A stretch of 64,000 nucleotides of DNA, taken from Pseudomonadota bacterium (GTDB lineage: Bacteria > Pseudomonadota > Gammaproteobacteria > JAKAQQ01). A model generated the notes under the pieces. That model made no database searches and was not told the DNA's origin. It was given only the letters and a program-made list of their open reading frames with translations. Location of the stretch: NCBI GenBank assembly GCA_021839245.1, contig JAKCBQ010000004.1, positions 41,851 to 105,850 on the forward strand, in the 5' to 3' direction. The position numbers were made by a program, and so were the translations under genes. Each line of letters opens with the position of its first letter. The stretch's first letter is position 1. Shown piece after piece: positions 51,417-62,285 of this stretch.

Positions 51417-52207
51417 CAGCGTTCCCGCCCCTCGGAGAGCGGACGGAAAGGCAGCGCGAGAAGCGCGAGGAGCGTTGGCGCTTCGCGCTGGCCAACGATC
51501 CCGAGTTCCGGGACCTCGGGATCGATGGAGCCCGCGCGCTTGCGGTACGTTCCGAAGAGACGGTCCCAGAGCGAGAGGCAGAAACCGAAATTGTGTTCGA
51601 GGTCATCCCCCGCGCGGGAGTGATGCACGAGGTGCATCGCCGGGGTGACGAAGAGACCGCGCAGGACACGATCGGCGCGAGCCGGAAGCCGCCAGTTGGC
51701 GTGGGTGAGCAACGAGCACGTGTTGAGCAGGATCTCGAAGGCGAGCACCCCGAGGGCCGGAACACCGAGGAGCGCGATCGTCCCGAGCTTGACGAGCGTG
51801 GAGAGGACGAACTCCCCCGGGTGAAAGCGAATGCCGCTCGAGACGTCGAGCTCGAGATCGGTGTGGTGCACCCGGTGAAAGCGCCAAAGCCAAGCCCAGC
51901 GGTGAAAGAGGCGATGCTGAAGGTAGATCGCAAGGTCAAGCCCGGCGACGCCCAGCACGACCGCCCCAACCCCTCCGATCCCGAGCCAGGGGAAAAGTCC
52001 CCGGTGCCACCCCTCCGCCCAGAAGACGAGACTGAGAGGCACGAGGAGTCGGGAGCTCACCGTCGCGAGGACGGCGAGCACCACGTTCGCCCCGCTCGTC
52101 CGCCGTCGGTTGCGGCGGGCGGGGACGAGGCGCTCGAGGATGAAGCCGAGCGCGAAAGCGGCCACGAACAGGAGGAACCGCAGAAGGAGGATGCGGCGAT
52201 CAATCAC
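51416..52207 (-). CDS. Sterol desaturase/fatty acid hydroxylase family protein
   Basis: His boxes HRLFH, HRVHH, HLVHH; NFG…WDRLFGT. Confidence 0.88.
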   Translation of the reverse strand: MIDRRILLLRFLLFVAAFALGFILERLVPARRNRRRTSGANVVLAVLATVSSRLLVPLSLVFWAEGWHRGLFPWLGIGGVGAVVLGVAGLDLAIYLQHRLFHRWAWLWRFHRVHHTDLELDVSSGIRFHPGEFVLSTLVKLGTIALLGVPALGVLAFEILLNTCSLLTHANWRLPARADRVLRGLFVTPAMHLVHHSRAGDDLEHNFGFCLSLWDRLFGTYRKRAGSIDPEVPELGIVGQREAPTLLALLALPFRPLSEGRER

Positions 52208-52914
52208 GTGCGCACAGGACGGTAGTGGCGCGCCAGTCGTTCGGGCGGTACGCCGAACGCATGCGCCAAGCGAAAGACCCAGAAGGAGAAGACCGTGCGC
52301 AGCACCCCACCCGCCCGCCAGCGTCGGGCCGAGGTGAGCGCGCGGGCGTGGAGACGGACGGGTGACCCGAGACGGCGGGCGCGACGAGAAAACAGCACGT
52401 CTTCCATGAGCGGAACCGCAGGGAAACCACCAAGAGCGACAAACACGTCGCGGCGCACCACAAGGACCTGATCCCCCGTGACGATCCCCGTCACCCGGGC
52501 GCGAAGATCGATCCCGTGCGCGATCGCGGAAAACGTGGCCCCCCGGGCATCGAGAGCGATCGACGCGTAGGCCCAGGATGTCCCGCGGGCGGCCGCATCC
52601 GCCAGCGCCCGCACGAAGTCCGGACCAAGATGTGTGTCGGCGTGCACGAAAACGAGATAACGCCCCCGCGCACGTGCGGCGCCCGCATTCATCTGAAGCG
52701 CCCGCCCGCGGGGTGCAAAGAGGACCCTGTTGGCCCACAGGGCGGCGAGGCGGGCCGTGGCGTCCCCACTGCCGCCGTCGACCACGATGATCTCGTCGTC
52801 CGCTCCGCAAAGAGCCCGCAGCGCCTCGAGCGTGTGGACGATCGCCCGCGCCTCCTCGAGCGCGGGGACGACGTAGCTCACCCCTCCGGGCACCGTCACA
52901 GAAGCGGAGGTCAC
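52204..52914 (-). CDS. TIGR04283-like family 2 glycosyltransferase
   Basis: VDGGSGD, GRALQMNAGA, FVHADT, GDQ, LMED, TSARRW. Confidence 0.85.
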   Translation of the reverse strand: MTSASVTVPGGVSYVVPALEEARAIVHTLEALRALCGADDEIIVVDGGSGDATARLAALWANRVLFAPRGRALQMNAGAARARGRYLVFVHADTHLGPDFVRALADAAARGTSWAYASIALDARGATFSAIAHGIDLRARVTGIVTGDQVLVVRRDVFVALGGFPAVPLMEDVLFSRRARRLGSPVRLHARALTSARRWRAGGVLRTVFSFWVFRLAHAFGVPPERLARHYRPVRT

Positions 52915-53654
52915 GGGCGCCCCCCCGATCCCGAGCGGCTCCGCCACCAACGGCGGGCGAGGGGCCCGACGAGAACGAAGAGCCCGAAAAGACCCAAGGC
53001 GACGAAGAGGCCCGGACCGGGCGTGCGGTCGAAGCTCAGGCGTCGGAGACCCGCTCCGAGATTGACGAAAACGAAAGTGCCCGGAATGATGCCGAAAAAC
53101 GTGGCGAGCACATACGTCCGCAGCCGCACGCGGCTTGCGGCCGGGGCCAGGTTCACCAGCCAGAACGGGAAGAGGGGAATCAAGCGCAGCGCCAGGAGAT
53201 AGCGGAAGGCGTCACCCTCGAATCCCTCAAGCAGGCGCGCCGCCCCCGCTCGGCGACCCAGGCGGCGGCGAAGATCCTCGCCACCGAGCCAGCGGGCAAG
53301 AACGAAGAGGCCCGTCGCCCCGAGAGTGGCCGAGACCACGACCAGCCCCGTCCCCCACCACGGCCCGAACGCCCATCCCGTGAGCATCGAGAGAGCCGCG
53401 CCGAAAGGAAGACTGAGGGCGGTCGCAAGAGCGTAGACGACCCCAAAGACAAGGGAGGCCGCCGCCCGATGGCGGAGGACGAAACGGTGAATGACGAGGG
53501 CATGGGCAACGAGCGAGGCCGGGCGAAGCGCGCGCCACGCGCCGGACGCAAAGAGGAGGACGAGGAGCGCGGCGAGAAGAACGAGGACAAGAAGACGGAT
53601 CCCACGTCCGCGGGCTCGCGCCTCGTGTCTCGTCGCTTCCTCACACCCGTCCAT
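52911..53654 (-). CDS. TVP38/TMEM64 (DedA/VTT) membrane protein
   Basis: LP…G..FG…G, LRLIPLFPF..VN, T..GIIPG. Confidence 0.85.
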   Translation of the reverse strand: MDGCEEATRHEARARGRGIRLLVLVLLAALLVLLFASGAWRALRPASLVAHALVIHRFVLRHRAAASLVFGVVYALATALSLPFGAALSMLTGWAFGPWWGTGLVVVSATLGATGLFVLARWLGGEDLRRRLGRRAGAARLLEGFEGDAFRYLLALRLIPLFPFWLVNLAPAASRVRLRTYVLATFFGIIPGTFVFVNLGAGLRRLSFDRTPGPGLFVALGLFGLFVLVGPLARRWWRSRSGSGGRP

Positions 53655-53655
53655 C

Positions 53656-55185
53656 TCAGGCGACACACGCGGGCTCGCCCTCTTCGAGTCCCCGGGCGAG
53701 GAGATCAAGGGTGACGAACGAAGAGCGCCCCCGCGTCGCAGCGGGTGCCGGGTGATCCGTCCGGATGTGCGCCCCCCGGCTTTCGCGGCGGCGGTAGGCC
53801 GACGCGATCATGAGAAGCACGAGCGTGGCCGCGCGGCTCGCGACGCTCTTCGGGCCGAGGGCATGCACGGCCTCCCAGCCGCGGCGCAACCCCACCGCGT
53901 CCCTCTCGACCCCGAGCGTTTGACCGACGATCGGGAGCAGACGCTCGAGTTCCTCTTTCTCATCATTCACGACGGGCGCAGCGACCCGTGCGGGTGGCGG
54001 GGGACGGATGGGATCGCGCGCGAGGTCCTCGGCCACCCGGAGTCCGAAGACGACGGCCTCGAGGAGCGAGTTGCTCGCGAGCCGGTTCGCCCCGTGGAGT
54101 CCGCTTGCGGCCACTTCCCCGACGGCCCAGAGACCGGGGACATCGCTGCGCCCCGAGTGATCGACCGCCACGCCCCCCATGTGGTAGTGCGCCGCCGGGA
54201 CAACGGGCAAGAGATCGCGGCGCGGATCGAGACCGTGGCGAAGACAGGTCTCGTGGATCCAGGGGAAAAGACGCGGAAAATCTTCTCCGGGGGCGCGGCG
54301 GGCGTCAAGGAACGTCCGCCGTCCCTCGCGCCGGCAGGTCCAGATCGCGCGGGCCACGACGTCGCGTGGCTCGAGCTCTTCGCGCCCCCGCCCGGCAAGA
54401 AAACGGCGACCCTCCTCATCGACGAGGAGGGCCCCGGCGCCGCGCACCGCCTCGCTGATGAGCGGAAGGGGCCGACCTCCGACATCGAGGGCGGTGGGGT
54501 GATACTGCACGAACTCGAGATCGCGCAGGCGCGCGCCCAGACGGGCCGCGAGCACCAGACCGTCGCCGAGCGCCGAAGGCGGGTTCGTCGTCGCCGGGAA
54601 GAGCCCGCCGATGCCCCCGGTCGCGAGAACCACACGGCGAGCGGGGAGGAATTCCTGTGTCCCGTCGGCGCGAACGACGTGGACGCCGGCGATGCCCCCC
54701 TCGTCGCGGGCGAGCTCCACGACGCGCGTCTCCTCGTCGCAGAGAATCGACGGCGTCCGTCGCGCCCGCTCGGTCAAGGCCACGAGGATCGCCCGTCCGG
54801 TGCCGTCCCCGTGGGCGTGAACGATCCGCCGCCGACTGTGCCCGCCCTCAAGGCCGAGGGCCCAAGGGCCTGCGGGCGTGCGGTCGAAAGGGACCCCCCA
54901 GGCGGCGAGACGGGCGATGGCCTCGGGTCCCGACTCCGTCACGAGCCGAACAACCTCCTCGTCACACAACCCCGCCCCGGCCCGGAGGGTGTCCTCGGCG
55001 TGTCGCGCGGGATCATCGCCCTCACCGACCGCGGCCGCGATGCCTCCCTGTGCCCAAAGGGTCGAACCGTCGCCGCCCAGACGCCCGCGCACAACGAGGC
55101 GCACGGGACGGGGTGCCAACGCGAGGGCGGTGACGAGGCCGGCGACACCGCCCCCGATGACGAGGGGAGGACGCTCGTCGCTCAA
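53656..55185 (-). CDS. nadB: L-aspartate oxidase
   Basis: IGGGVAG, WAQGGIAA, EGGHS..RI.H, SEAVRG, HYHMGG, GLHGANRLASNSLLE. Confidence 0.92.
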   Translation of the reverse strand: MSDERPPLVIGGGVAGLVTALALAPRPVRLVVRGRLGGDGSTLWAQGGIAAAVGEGDDPARHAEDTLRAGAGLCDEEVVRLVTESGPEAIARLAAWGVPFDRTPAGPWALGLEGGHSRRRIVHAHGDGTGRAILVALTERARRTPSILCDEETRVVELARDEGGIAGVHVVRADGTQEFLPARRVVLATGGIGGLFPATTNPPSALGDGLVLAARLGARLRDLEFVQYHPTALDVGGRPLPLISEAVRGAGALLVDEEGRRFLAGRGREELEPRDVVARAIWTCRREGRRTFLDARRAPGEDFPRLFPWIHETCLRHGLDPRRDLLPVVPAAHYHMGGVAVDHSGRSDVPGLWAVGEVAASGLHGANRLASNSLLEAVVFGLRVAEDLARDPIRPPPPARVAAPVVNDEKEELERLLPIVGQTLGVERDAVGLRRGWEAVHALGPKSVASRAATLVLLMIASAYRRRESRGAHIRTDHPAPAATRGRSSFVTLDLLARGLEEGEPACVA

Positions 55186-56168
55186 AGGACCAGCATGCGC
55201 TCGATGGCCCGACGGGCACGACGCGCCACCTCCTCCGGGACGTCGACCGCGGGTCCCAGAGTCTCGAGCGCGCGGCGGATACTCCCGAGGGTGTTCATCT
55301 TCATATAGGGGCACAGGTTGCACGGCCGGACGAAATGCACCTCGGGGTGCTCGAGGGCCACGTTGTCGCTCATGGAGCACTCGGTGAGAAGGATCGCCGT
55401 CCGCGGGTGTCGATGCGCGACGTATTCCGACATGGCACTCGTCGAACCACTGAAATCCGCTTCGGCCACCACCTCCGGAGGACATTCCGGGTGGGCGAGG
55501 ATGCGGGCGTCGGGATGTTCGACACGAAGAGACCGCACGTCCTCGGCGCGGAAGCGTTCGTGCACGACGCAGCGTCCGGGCCAGACGATGATCTCGACCG
55601 TCGTCTCTCGGGCCACGTTCGCAGCCAAGTAGCGGTCCGGAATCAGGATCGCGCGCGGAACGCCGAGGGACTCGACGACGCGGCGGGCGTTGGCCGACGT
55701 GCAACAGACGTCCGACTCGGCCTTGACCTCGGCCGACGTATTGACGTAGGTGACGACAGGGACACCGGGATGCTGGCGGCGGAGCGCGCGCACATCCTCG
55801 GCGGTGATCGACTCGGAGAGCGAACAGCCGGCCCCGCGGTCGGGAATGAGCACCGTCCGCTCAGGGTTGAGGATCTTGACTGTCTCGGCCATGAAGTAGA
55901 CACCGGCCATGACGATGACCGGGGCGTCGAGACTCTGGGCGGCACGCGCCAAGGCGAGACTGTCGCCGGTCACGTCGGCCACCCCGAAATAGATCTCGGG
56001 GCTCATGTAGTTGTGGGCCAGAACGACCGCCCGGCGCTCCCGTTTGAGGGCCCGGATCGCGGCCATGTCGTCCGCGAGCGCGGCCCATTCGACCGGGGGG
56101 ATGATGCTTTGCAGTCGTTCGCCGAGGATGTCCGCCGCCTCGGCGACGGAGGAGATAGGCGTCGCCAT
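55182..56168 (-). CDS. nadA: Quinolinate synthase
   Basis: LAHNY, GDSL, GV.FMAE, YVNTSA, AHPEC, C.YMK. Confidence 0.94.
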   Translation of the reverse strand: MATPISSVAEAADILGERLQSIIPPVEWAALADDMAAIRALKRERRAVVLAHNYMSPEIYFGVADVTGDSLALARAAQSLDAPVIVMAGVYFMAETVKILNPERTVLIPDRGAGCSLSESITAEDVRALRRQHPGVPVVTYVNTSAEVKAESDVCCTSANARRVVESLGVPRAILIPDRYLAANVARETTVEIIVWPGRCVVHERFRAEDVRSLRVEHPDARILAHPECPPEVVAEADFSGSTSAMSEYVAHRHPRTAILLTECSMSDNVALEHPEVHFVRPCNLCPYMKMNTLGSIRRALETLGPAVDVPEEVARRARRAIERMLVL

Positions 56169-56422
56169 ACGTGCTCTACGGGCGCTCGAGACCCGCGCTC
56201 GCGATCGGCCATCGGTTCGAAGATGATACCACGCTCTCCTCGATGGGCTGGCTTGTTCCGCAGCGCCGAAGAACGAAAACGGCTCCCCCGATCGCTCCCC
56301 AAAGCCGGTCGCGGGAACGGAGGCCCGGAAGATCTTTTGCATGCGGATCCGGCCCGGCGCCGGGACGGCGTTCGTCAGCACGGGGCGAGCGTTGGGCGCT
56401 GAAGAGGCGGTTGAAGAGGCGG

Positions 56423-56451
56423 TTGACAAGACAAGCCCGATGCCGTAGAGT
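56423..56451 (+). promoter_or_regulatory. Sigma70 promoter of the aro/trp operon
   Basis: TTGACA-17 nt-TAGAGT. Confidence 0.75.
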
Positions 56452-56458
56452 GGTGCGC

Positions 56459-56572
56459 ATGACGACTTCCACCCCCCTCTCCGCAGACCTCACGCGCCCC
56501 CACGTCGCATCGCCCCGCGCGGCGACGACGGTGGGTTCGTGGTGGTGGTGCGTGCACGGCGGGCCCCGGTAG
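56459..56572 (+). CDS. trpL: Trp attenuator leader peptide (37 aa, WWW)
   Basis: MTTSTPL…GSWWWCVHGGPR*, three tandem TGG codons upstream of a terminator and the trp genes. Confidence 0.82.
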   Translation: MTTSTPLSADLTRPHVASPRAATTVGSWWWCVHGGPR

Positions 56573-56602
56573 CGTCGTCCCCACAGATTCACGCACCGCA
56601 CG

Positions 56603-56632
56603 GCCCGCTTCACGCGGGCTTTTTTGTTTTTT
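56603..56632 (+). terminator. Attenuator intrinsic terminator
   Basis: gcccgc-ttcac-gcgggc followed by tttttt-g-tttttt. Confidence 0.88.
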
Positions 56633-56683
56633 GCGCCGACGTCCCCGCCGAGAGAGCCGGGGCCCGGCCGAGGAGAAGAGACG

Positions 56684-57694
56684 ATGTACGTCGTTTTGAA
56701 ACCGCGGATTGAAGCGGCCCTCCGCGAAAGCTTCCTCCGCGAAGCGAGCGAACGAGGGCTCACCGCCATCCCCCTGCCCGGCCTCGAAGGCCGGGCCCTC
56801 GCCCTGATCGGCCCGGCGGCCGCGGCCGAAGCCTTGGCCGCCCACGCCGCCGTCGAGGAAACGGTGGCGGACGAACGGCCGTACAAGAAGGTGGCCCGGG
56901 GCCTCCACCCGCACGACACCCTCGTCGCTCTGGGCGGGCACACCTTGGGCGGTGAGGACGTCCTCGTCGTCGCCGGCCCCTGTGCGGTCGAAACGCCCGA
57001 GCAGATGCGCTCCGTCGCCGCCGCGGTGCGCGCCGGCGGGGCCCACGGTCTTCGGGGCGGGGCGTTCAAGCCGCGCACGAGCCCCTACAGTTTCCAGGGG
57101 CACGGGGTCGAGGGCGTGCGTCTTCTGGCCGACGTGGCCCGCGCCGAGGGGCTTCCGGTCGTGACCGAGATTCTCGATCCGCGCGATCTTGACGCGATGT
57201 TGCCCCACGTGGACGTCTTGCAGATCGGCGCGCGCAACATGCAGAACTTCACACTCCTCAAAGCGGTGGGTGGACAACCCAAGCCGGTGCTGCTCAAACG
57301 CGGACTCTCCGCCACTCTCGAGGAATTCCTTCTCGCCGCCGAATACGTCGTCGACGCCGGCAACGAACACATCATCCTGTGCGAACGGGGCATTCGCACG
57401 TTCGAGACGGCCACGCGCAACACCCTCGACCTCAATGCCGTCCCCTGGCTCAAACAGCGGAGCCACCTCCCGGTGGTCGTCGATCCCTCGCACGCGACGG
57501 GACTGCGCGAACTCGTCGCCCCGATGAGCAAGGCCGCCCTCGCGGCCGGCGCGGACGGACTTCTCATCGAGGTCCATCCCGATCCCTCGCGGGCCTGGTC
57601 CGACGGTCGGCAGTCGCTCGATGCGCCCTCCTTCGCCCGTCTGATGAACGAGCTTCGCTCCCTCGCCACCGCCCTTGGACGTCGTCTGCCGTGA
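56684..57694 (+). CDS. aroF: DAHP synthase, class I-beta
   Basis: [51 protein letters not shown]; AGGAG RBS. Confidence 0.9.
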   Translation: MYVVLKPRIEAALRESFLREASERGLTAIPLPGLEGRALALIGPAAAAEALAAHAAVEETVADERPYKKVARGLHPHDTLVALGGHTLGGEDVLVVAGPCAVETPEQMRSVAAAVRAGGAHGLRGGAFKPRTSPYSFQGHGVEGVRLLADVARAEGLPVVTEILDPRDLDAMLPHVDVLQIGARNMQNFTLLKAVGGQPKPVLLKRGLSATLEEFLLAAEYVVDAGNEHIILCERGIRTFETATRNTLDLNAVPWLKQRSHLPVVVDPSHATGLRELVAPMSKAALAAGADGLLIEVHPDPSRAWSDGRQSLDAPSFARLMNELRSLATALGRRLP

Positions 57695-59268
57695 ACCGCT
57701 CCTCCCCCGTCACCGTCCTGCGCAAACGTCTCGCCCTCAATCCGGATCCCTACGCGCTGCTCCGCGCCTGGCGGGCGGCCCACCCCGAGGCCCGTGGTCT
57801 CGCTCTCTTCGAGAGCGCCGACACGAGCGGCGGGCGCCCGACCAAAAGCTTGCTCTACACCGGGGCCGCGCTCCGCCTCGAGGCCCGCGAACGTACGCTT
57901 CGGGCCTCCGCCTGCGGCCGCGGCGGATGTTTCGCCCTCGCGCATCTCGAAGCCCGTCTCGGTCCCGTGCCCCACGAGCGGACGGGCGACGTCCTCACCC
58001 TGACCGCGCCCACCCCGCCCGCCACGGAAGACGAAGAGACCCGCCTGCGCGCCCCCGGGCTGTTCGACCCCCTGCGGGCGATCCTCGCCGACTGGGAACC
58101 CGAGAGCGAACGCGGGTCGATCCACCTCTACGGGCTCTTTGCTTACGATCTCATCGACGCCTTCGAATCCCTTCCGCCCCGGGCGGCGGAGGGACCCGAG
58201 ACGGCCGACCTCGTCCTCCACCTTGCCAACAGCTTCGTCCTCGTCGATCACACGCACGGGACGGCAACCGTGCACACGCTCCTCTTCGGTCCCGCGGACG
58301 AGGAAGAGAGTCTCGAGGCGCGCCGCCTCGTCCAGGAGCTCGCGACCCTCCTCGAACGGAGCCCGCCGCGCGTGGAGACTCCTCCCCCGCCTCCGGCGCG
58401 CGGCCGTGCGGCGGACGGACGCGCCGTGCTCGACGACGCGGCATTCGCCGCCCTCGTCGCGCGTCTCAAGGAGCACGTGCGTGCCGGCGACGTCTTTCAG
58501 ATCGTCCCCTCGCGCGCCTTCGTGACGCCCGCGCCCGAACCGCTCGCGGCTTATCGGGCGCTGCGCGCGCGCAACCCGAGTCCGTACATGTTTTACGTCG
58601 ATCTTCCCGAGAGCGTCCTCTTCGGCGCCTCGCCCGAGAGCGCCCTCACCGTCGAAGGACGCACGGGCCGGGTGGCGATCACCCCGATCGCGGGCACCCG
58701 CCCGCGCGGGCGCCGCCCCGACGGGACGACGGACAACGAACTCGACACGCGGCTCGAACTCGAGCTCCGCTTGAGCACGAAAGAGCTGGCCGAACACAAC
58801 ATGCTCGTCGATCTCGCGCGCAACGACGTCGCGCGCGTCTCCGCCCCCGGCACACGACGGGTGACCGATCTTCATCGGGTCGAGCGCTACGCCCACGTCA
58901 TGCACCTCGTCTCGCGCGTCGAGGGTCGCCTCGCCCCCGGTCTCGACGCGCTCCACGCCGCCCAAGCCTCGTTCCACATGGGCACGCTCACCGGAGCCCC
59001 AAAACTCAAGGCGATGGAGCTCCTCCGCCGCTGCGAACCCACCCGGCGCGGTCCGTACGGAGGAGCGGTAGGCTACCTCACCGCGGCGGGCGACATGGAC
59101 ACCGCCATCGTGATCCGCTCGGCGCTCGTCGCCCGCGGTCTCGCCACCGTGCAGGCCGGCGCCGGCGTCGTCGCCGATTCGGACCCGCAACTCGAGGCCG
59201 AGGAAACGCGCCACAAGGCGCGTGCGGTTCTCGAAGCCCTCGCCGCCCCCGCCGGAGACGCCCCGTGA
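57691..59268 (+). CDS. trpE: Anthranilate synthase component I (enteric-like)
   Basis: LFESAD…[41 protein letters not shown]. Confidence 0.93.
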   Translation: MNRSSPVTVLRKRLALNPDPYALLRAWRAAHPEARGLALFESADTSGGRPTKSLLYTGAALRLEARERTLRASACGRGGCFALAHLEARLGPVPHERTGDVLTLTAPTPPATEDEETRLRAPGLFDPLRAILADWEPESERGSIHLYGLFAYDLIDAFESLPPRAAEGPETADLVLHLANSFVLVDHTHGTATVHTLLFGPADEEESLEARRLVQELATLLERSPPRVETPPPPPARGRAADGRAVLDDAAFAALVARLKEHVRAGDVFQIVPSRAFVTPAPEPLAAYRALRARNPSPYMFYVDLPESVLFGASPESALTVEGRTGRVAITPIAGTRPRGRRPDGTTDNELDTRLELELRLSTKELAEHNMLVDLARNDVARVSAPGTRRVTDLHRVERYAHVMHLVSRVEGRLAPGLDALHAAQASFHMGTLTGAPKLKAMELLRRCEPTRRGPYGGAVGYLTAAGDMDTAIVIRSALVARGLATVQAGAGVVADSDPQLEAEETRHKARAVLEALAAPAGDAP

Positions 59269-59882
59269 CCGCAATCGCCCACGTGCTCCTTCTCGACAAC
59301 CACGACTCCTTCACCTACAACCTGCGGGAGGCGTTCCGCGCCGAGGGGGCCACCGTCGAGGTCTGGCGCAACGACGCCCCCCTCGAGCGTATCGAGGAAC
59401 GCCTCGCCGCCCGGGAGCTCACGCTCCTCGCGCTCTCGCCCGGCCCGGGGCATCCGGACGAGGCGGGCGTGATGCCCGAACTTCTGCGTCGGTACGCGGG
59501 CCGCCTGCCCGTCCTCGGGATCTGCCTCGGGCACCAGGCGATGGCCTCAACCCTCGGGGGGGCGGTCGGCGGCGCGCCGTGCCTCGTCCACGGTCGCGCC
59601 ACGGCGGTCGTGCACCACGACCATCCACTCTTCGCCGGAGTCTCCTCCCCGTTCGCGGCCGGACGCTATCACTCGCTCGCCGTCACCGCTGTCCCTCCGG
59701 GCTTCACGGTGCTCGCCCGCACGGAGGGCGACGGTGAAGACCTGCCGATGGCCATGCTCGATGACCGACGCGGGCTTCTCGGATTCCAGTTTCACCCCGA
59801 ATCGGTCCTCACGACCGCGGGGCCCACGCTTCTCGCCCGAGCGCTCGCCTGGGCGCGCGCGCGGCGGGAGGGGACGCGGTGA
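59265..59882 (+). CDS. trpG: Anthranilate synthase component II
   Basis: LDNHDSFTYNL, SPGPG, GICLGHQ, RYHSL, QFHPES. Confidence 0.93.
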   Translation: MTAIAHVLLLDNHDSFTYNLREAFRAEGATVEVWRNDAPLERIEERLAARELTLLALSPGPGHPDEAGVMPELLRRYAGRLPVLGICLGHQAMASTLGGAVGGAPCLVHGRATAVVHHDHPLFAGVSSPFAAGRYHSLAVTAVPPGFTVLARTEGDGEDLPMAMLDDRRGLLGFQFHPESVLTTAGPTLLARALAWARARREGTR

Positions 59883-60895
59883 ACCCCGCCCCGCTCCTCG
59901 AGCGTCTCTTGTGCGGGGAGAATCTCACCCCGTCCGATGTCGATCTTCTCATCGCCGGCCTCGTCGAGGGGAGCCTCGCGCCGGAGGCCCTCTCCGCTAT
60001 CCTCATCGCCTGGCGGGCCAAGGGCGAGACGGCCGTCGAGATCGCCGCGGCGGCCGCGGCGATCCGCCGCCACGCGCGCGCTTTCCCTCCTCCCGGAGGA
60101 CTCTTCGCCGACTGTTGCGGGACGGGCGGCGACGGCGCACGCACCTACAACGTCTCGACCGCCGTGGCCTTCGTCGCGGCCGGCGCGGGCCTCCCGATCG
60201 TCAAGCACGGCAATCGTGCGGTCTCGTCCTCGTCGGGCTCGGCCGACGTCTGCCGCAGCCTCGGAGTGCCCACCGAACTCGCCCCGGAGGAGGGCGCGAA
60301 ACTTCTCGCGGCGAGCGGCTTCGTGTTTCTTCTCGCTCCCCTCTACCACCCGGGGACGGCGCGCGCCATGCCGGTACGCCGCGCGCTCGGTGTGCGCACC
60401 GTCTTCAACATCCTCGGACCACTCACCAATCCCGCCGCGCCACCCGTCCAACTCGTCGGGGTGGACGATCCCGGCCGCATCCGCCCGCTGGCCGAGGCTT
60501 TGGCCCATCTCGGCGTCCGCCACGCCCTCGTGGTGCACGGCGGGGGACTCGACGAGCTGGCGCTCCACGCCCCGAGCCGCGTCGTGCGCCTTCACGAGGG
60601 TGTGATCGACGAGGGCATCCTCACCCCCGAAGAGGCCGGACTCGACCCCCACCCCCGCGAGGCGCTCGCCGGAGGGGACCCGGAGACGAACGCCCGGGCG
60701 CTCCAAGCGGTGCTCGCCGGAGAAGGCCCCCCCGCCTACCGCGACGCCGTCCTCCTCAACACCGGGGCTCTCCTCTGGACGGCGGGGCTGGCTCCGGACC
60801 TCGTTTCGGGCGTCGCGACCGCCCGTGAGTCCCTCGTTTCCGGGGCCGCTCTCCGCGTCCTCGCCCGCCAAAGGGCGTACGCACGTGGCGCTTGA
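59879..60895 (+). CDS. trpD: Anthranilate phosphoribosyltransferase
   Basis: CGTGGDG…NVST, KHGNR..SS.SGSAD, RT.FN.LGPL.NP. Confidence 0.94.
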   Translation: MNPAPLLERLLCGENLTPSDVDLLIAGLVEGSLAPEALSAILIAWRAKGETAVEIAAAAAAIRRHARAFPPPGGLFADCCGTGGDGARTYNVSTAVAFVAAGAGLPIVKHGNRAVSSSSGSADVCRSLGVPTELAPEEGAKLLAASGFVFLLAPLYHPGTARAMPVRRALGVRTVFNILGPLTNPAAPPVQLVGVDDPGRIRPLAEALAHLGVRHALVVHGGGLDELALHAPSRVVRLHEGVIDEGILTPEEAGLDPHPREALAGGDPETNARALQAVLAGEGPPAYRDAVLLNTGALLWTAGLAPDLVSGVATARESLVSGAALRVLARQRAYARGA

Positions 60896-62285
60896 GGCCA
60901 TCGTCGCCCACAAGCGGGAGCTCGTGCGCCGGCGGCGGGCCGAGACGCCCGAAGCGGCGCTCGCCGTCCGTGCCGCCCCCACCACGCGCAGCCTGCGCGC
61001 GGCTCTCTCCGCTCCGGGTCCACGCTTCATCTTCGAATGCAAGCGGGCCTCGCCCTCGGCGGGCGTGCTGCGCGCCCGTTACGACCCCGTGGCCCTCGCC
61101 CGCGCGCTCGCCCCTTACGCCGACGCTCTCTCGATCCTGACCGAAGAGCGCTTTTTCGGCGGGTCGCTCGCCGATCTCCTCGCCGTCCGCGCGGCGGTCG
61201 ACCGACCGCTTCTGCGCAAGGACATCCTGGTCGATCCCTACGAGGTCCTCGAGGCGCGGGTCTACGGAGCGGACGCCGTGCTCCTCATGCTCTCGGTGCT
61301 CGACGACGCGACCTACGAGGCCTGCCGCCTGATCGCCCGCCGTTACGGGATGGACGTGCTCACGGAGGTCCACGACCGCCGCGAACTTGCGCGCGCGCGC
61401 CGCCTTCGGGCGGACCTCATCGGCGTCAACAACCGCGATCTTCGCAGCCTTCGCGTCGATCGCACCACACTCGAGCGGCTCGCGCCCGAGGTCCCGCCCG
61501 GGGCGCTCCTCGTCGCCGAATCGGGGTACACCCGCCGCGCCGAGATCCAGCACGACGCCCCCCGGGCCGACGCCTTTCTCATCGGCGGCGGTGTCATGCA
61601 GGCCCAGGATCCCGCCCGCGCCGCCTCGGCCCTCGTCCACGGGACGGTCAAGATCTGCGGGCTCACACGCGCGGAAGACGCGCACCTCGCCCACGCCCTC
61701 GGGGCGGGCTACGGGGGCCTCAATTTCGTACCCTCCTCCCCACGCCGGATCGACCCGGGCACCGCCCATCTCCTCACCCGCACGGTGCCCTTGCCCTGGG
61801 TGGCGGTGGTGGCCGACGCCGCGGAGGACGAGATCCTCACGCTCGCTCGCACGCTCCCGCTCGCGGCCGTCCAGCTCCACGGACACGAGGACGCCGGGCG
61901 CCAACAGCGTCTGCGCGCGTCTCTCCCCGAGACCGTCGCACTCTGGCGGGCCGTCGACGCCGAAGAGGATCCCTCCGGAGCGGACCTCGATCCGGGGGCG
62001 CTCGAACTCGTCCTTCTCGACCGCCGTAGAGGCGGTGACCTCGGCGGAAGCGGCCTGAGCGTCGATCCCGCACGGGTCGCCCTCTGGCGCGCGCGTTTCC
62101 CTCGTTTCGGCCTGGCCGGCGGCCTCGATCCCGAGACCGCACCCGCCGCCTGTCGGCTGGCGCCCGCGCTCCTCGACGTCGGCTCGCGCGTCGAGAACCG
62201 CCCGGGCGTCAAGGATCCCGCACGGCTCGAGGCCCTTTTCACCGCTCTTCGTCACGCTCCCGGCAAGAGGACCTCCGCTCCATGA
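60885..62285 (+). CDS. trpCF: Bifunctional indole-3-glycerol phosphate synthase/PRA isomerase
   Basis: [22 protein letters not shown], then VKICGLT, VQLHG, LAGGL. Confidence 0.93.
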   Translation: MALEAIVAHKRELVRRRRAETPEAALAVRAAPTTRSLRAALSAPGPRFIFECKRASPSAGVLRARYDPVALARALAPYADALSILTEERFFGGSLADLLAVRAAVDRPLLRKDILVDPYEVLEARVYGADAVLLMLSVLDDATYEACRLIARRYGMDVLTEVHDRRELARARRLRADLIGVNNRDLRSLRVDRTTLERLAPEVPPGALLVAESGYTRRAEIQHDAPRADAFLIGGGVMQAQDPARAASALVHGTVKICGLTRAEDAHLAHALGAGYGGLNFVPSSPRRIDPGTAHLLTRTVPLPWVAVVADAAEDEILTLARTLPLAAVQLHGHEDAGRQQRLRASLPETVALWRAVDAEEDPSGADLDPGALELVLLDRRRGGDLGGSGLSVDPARVALWRARFPRFGLAGGLDPETAPAACRLAPALLDVGSRVENRPGVKDPARLEALFTALRHAPGKRTSAP

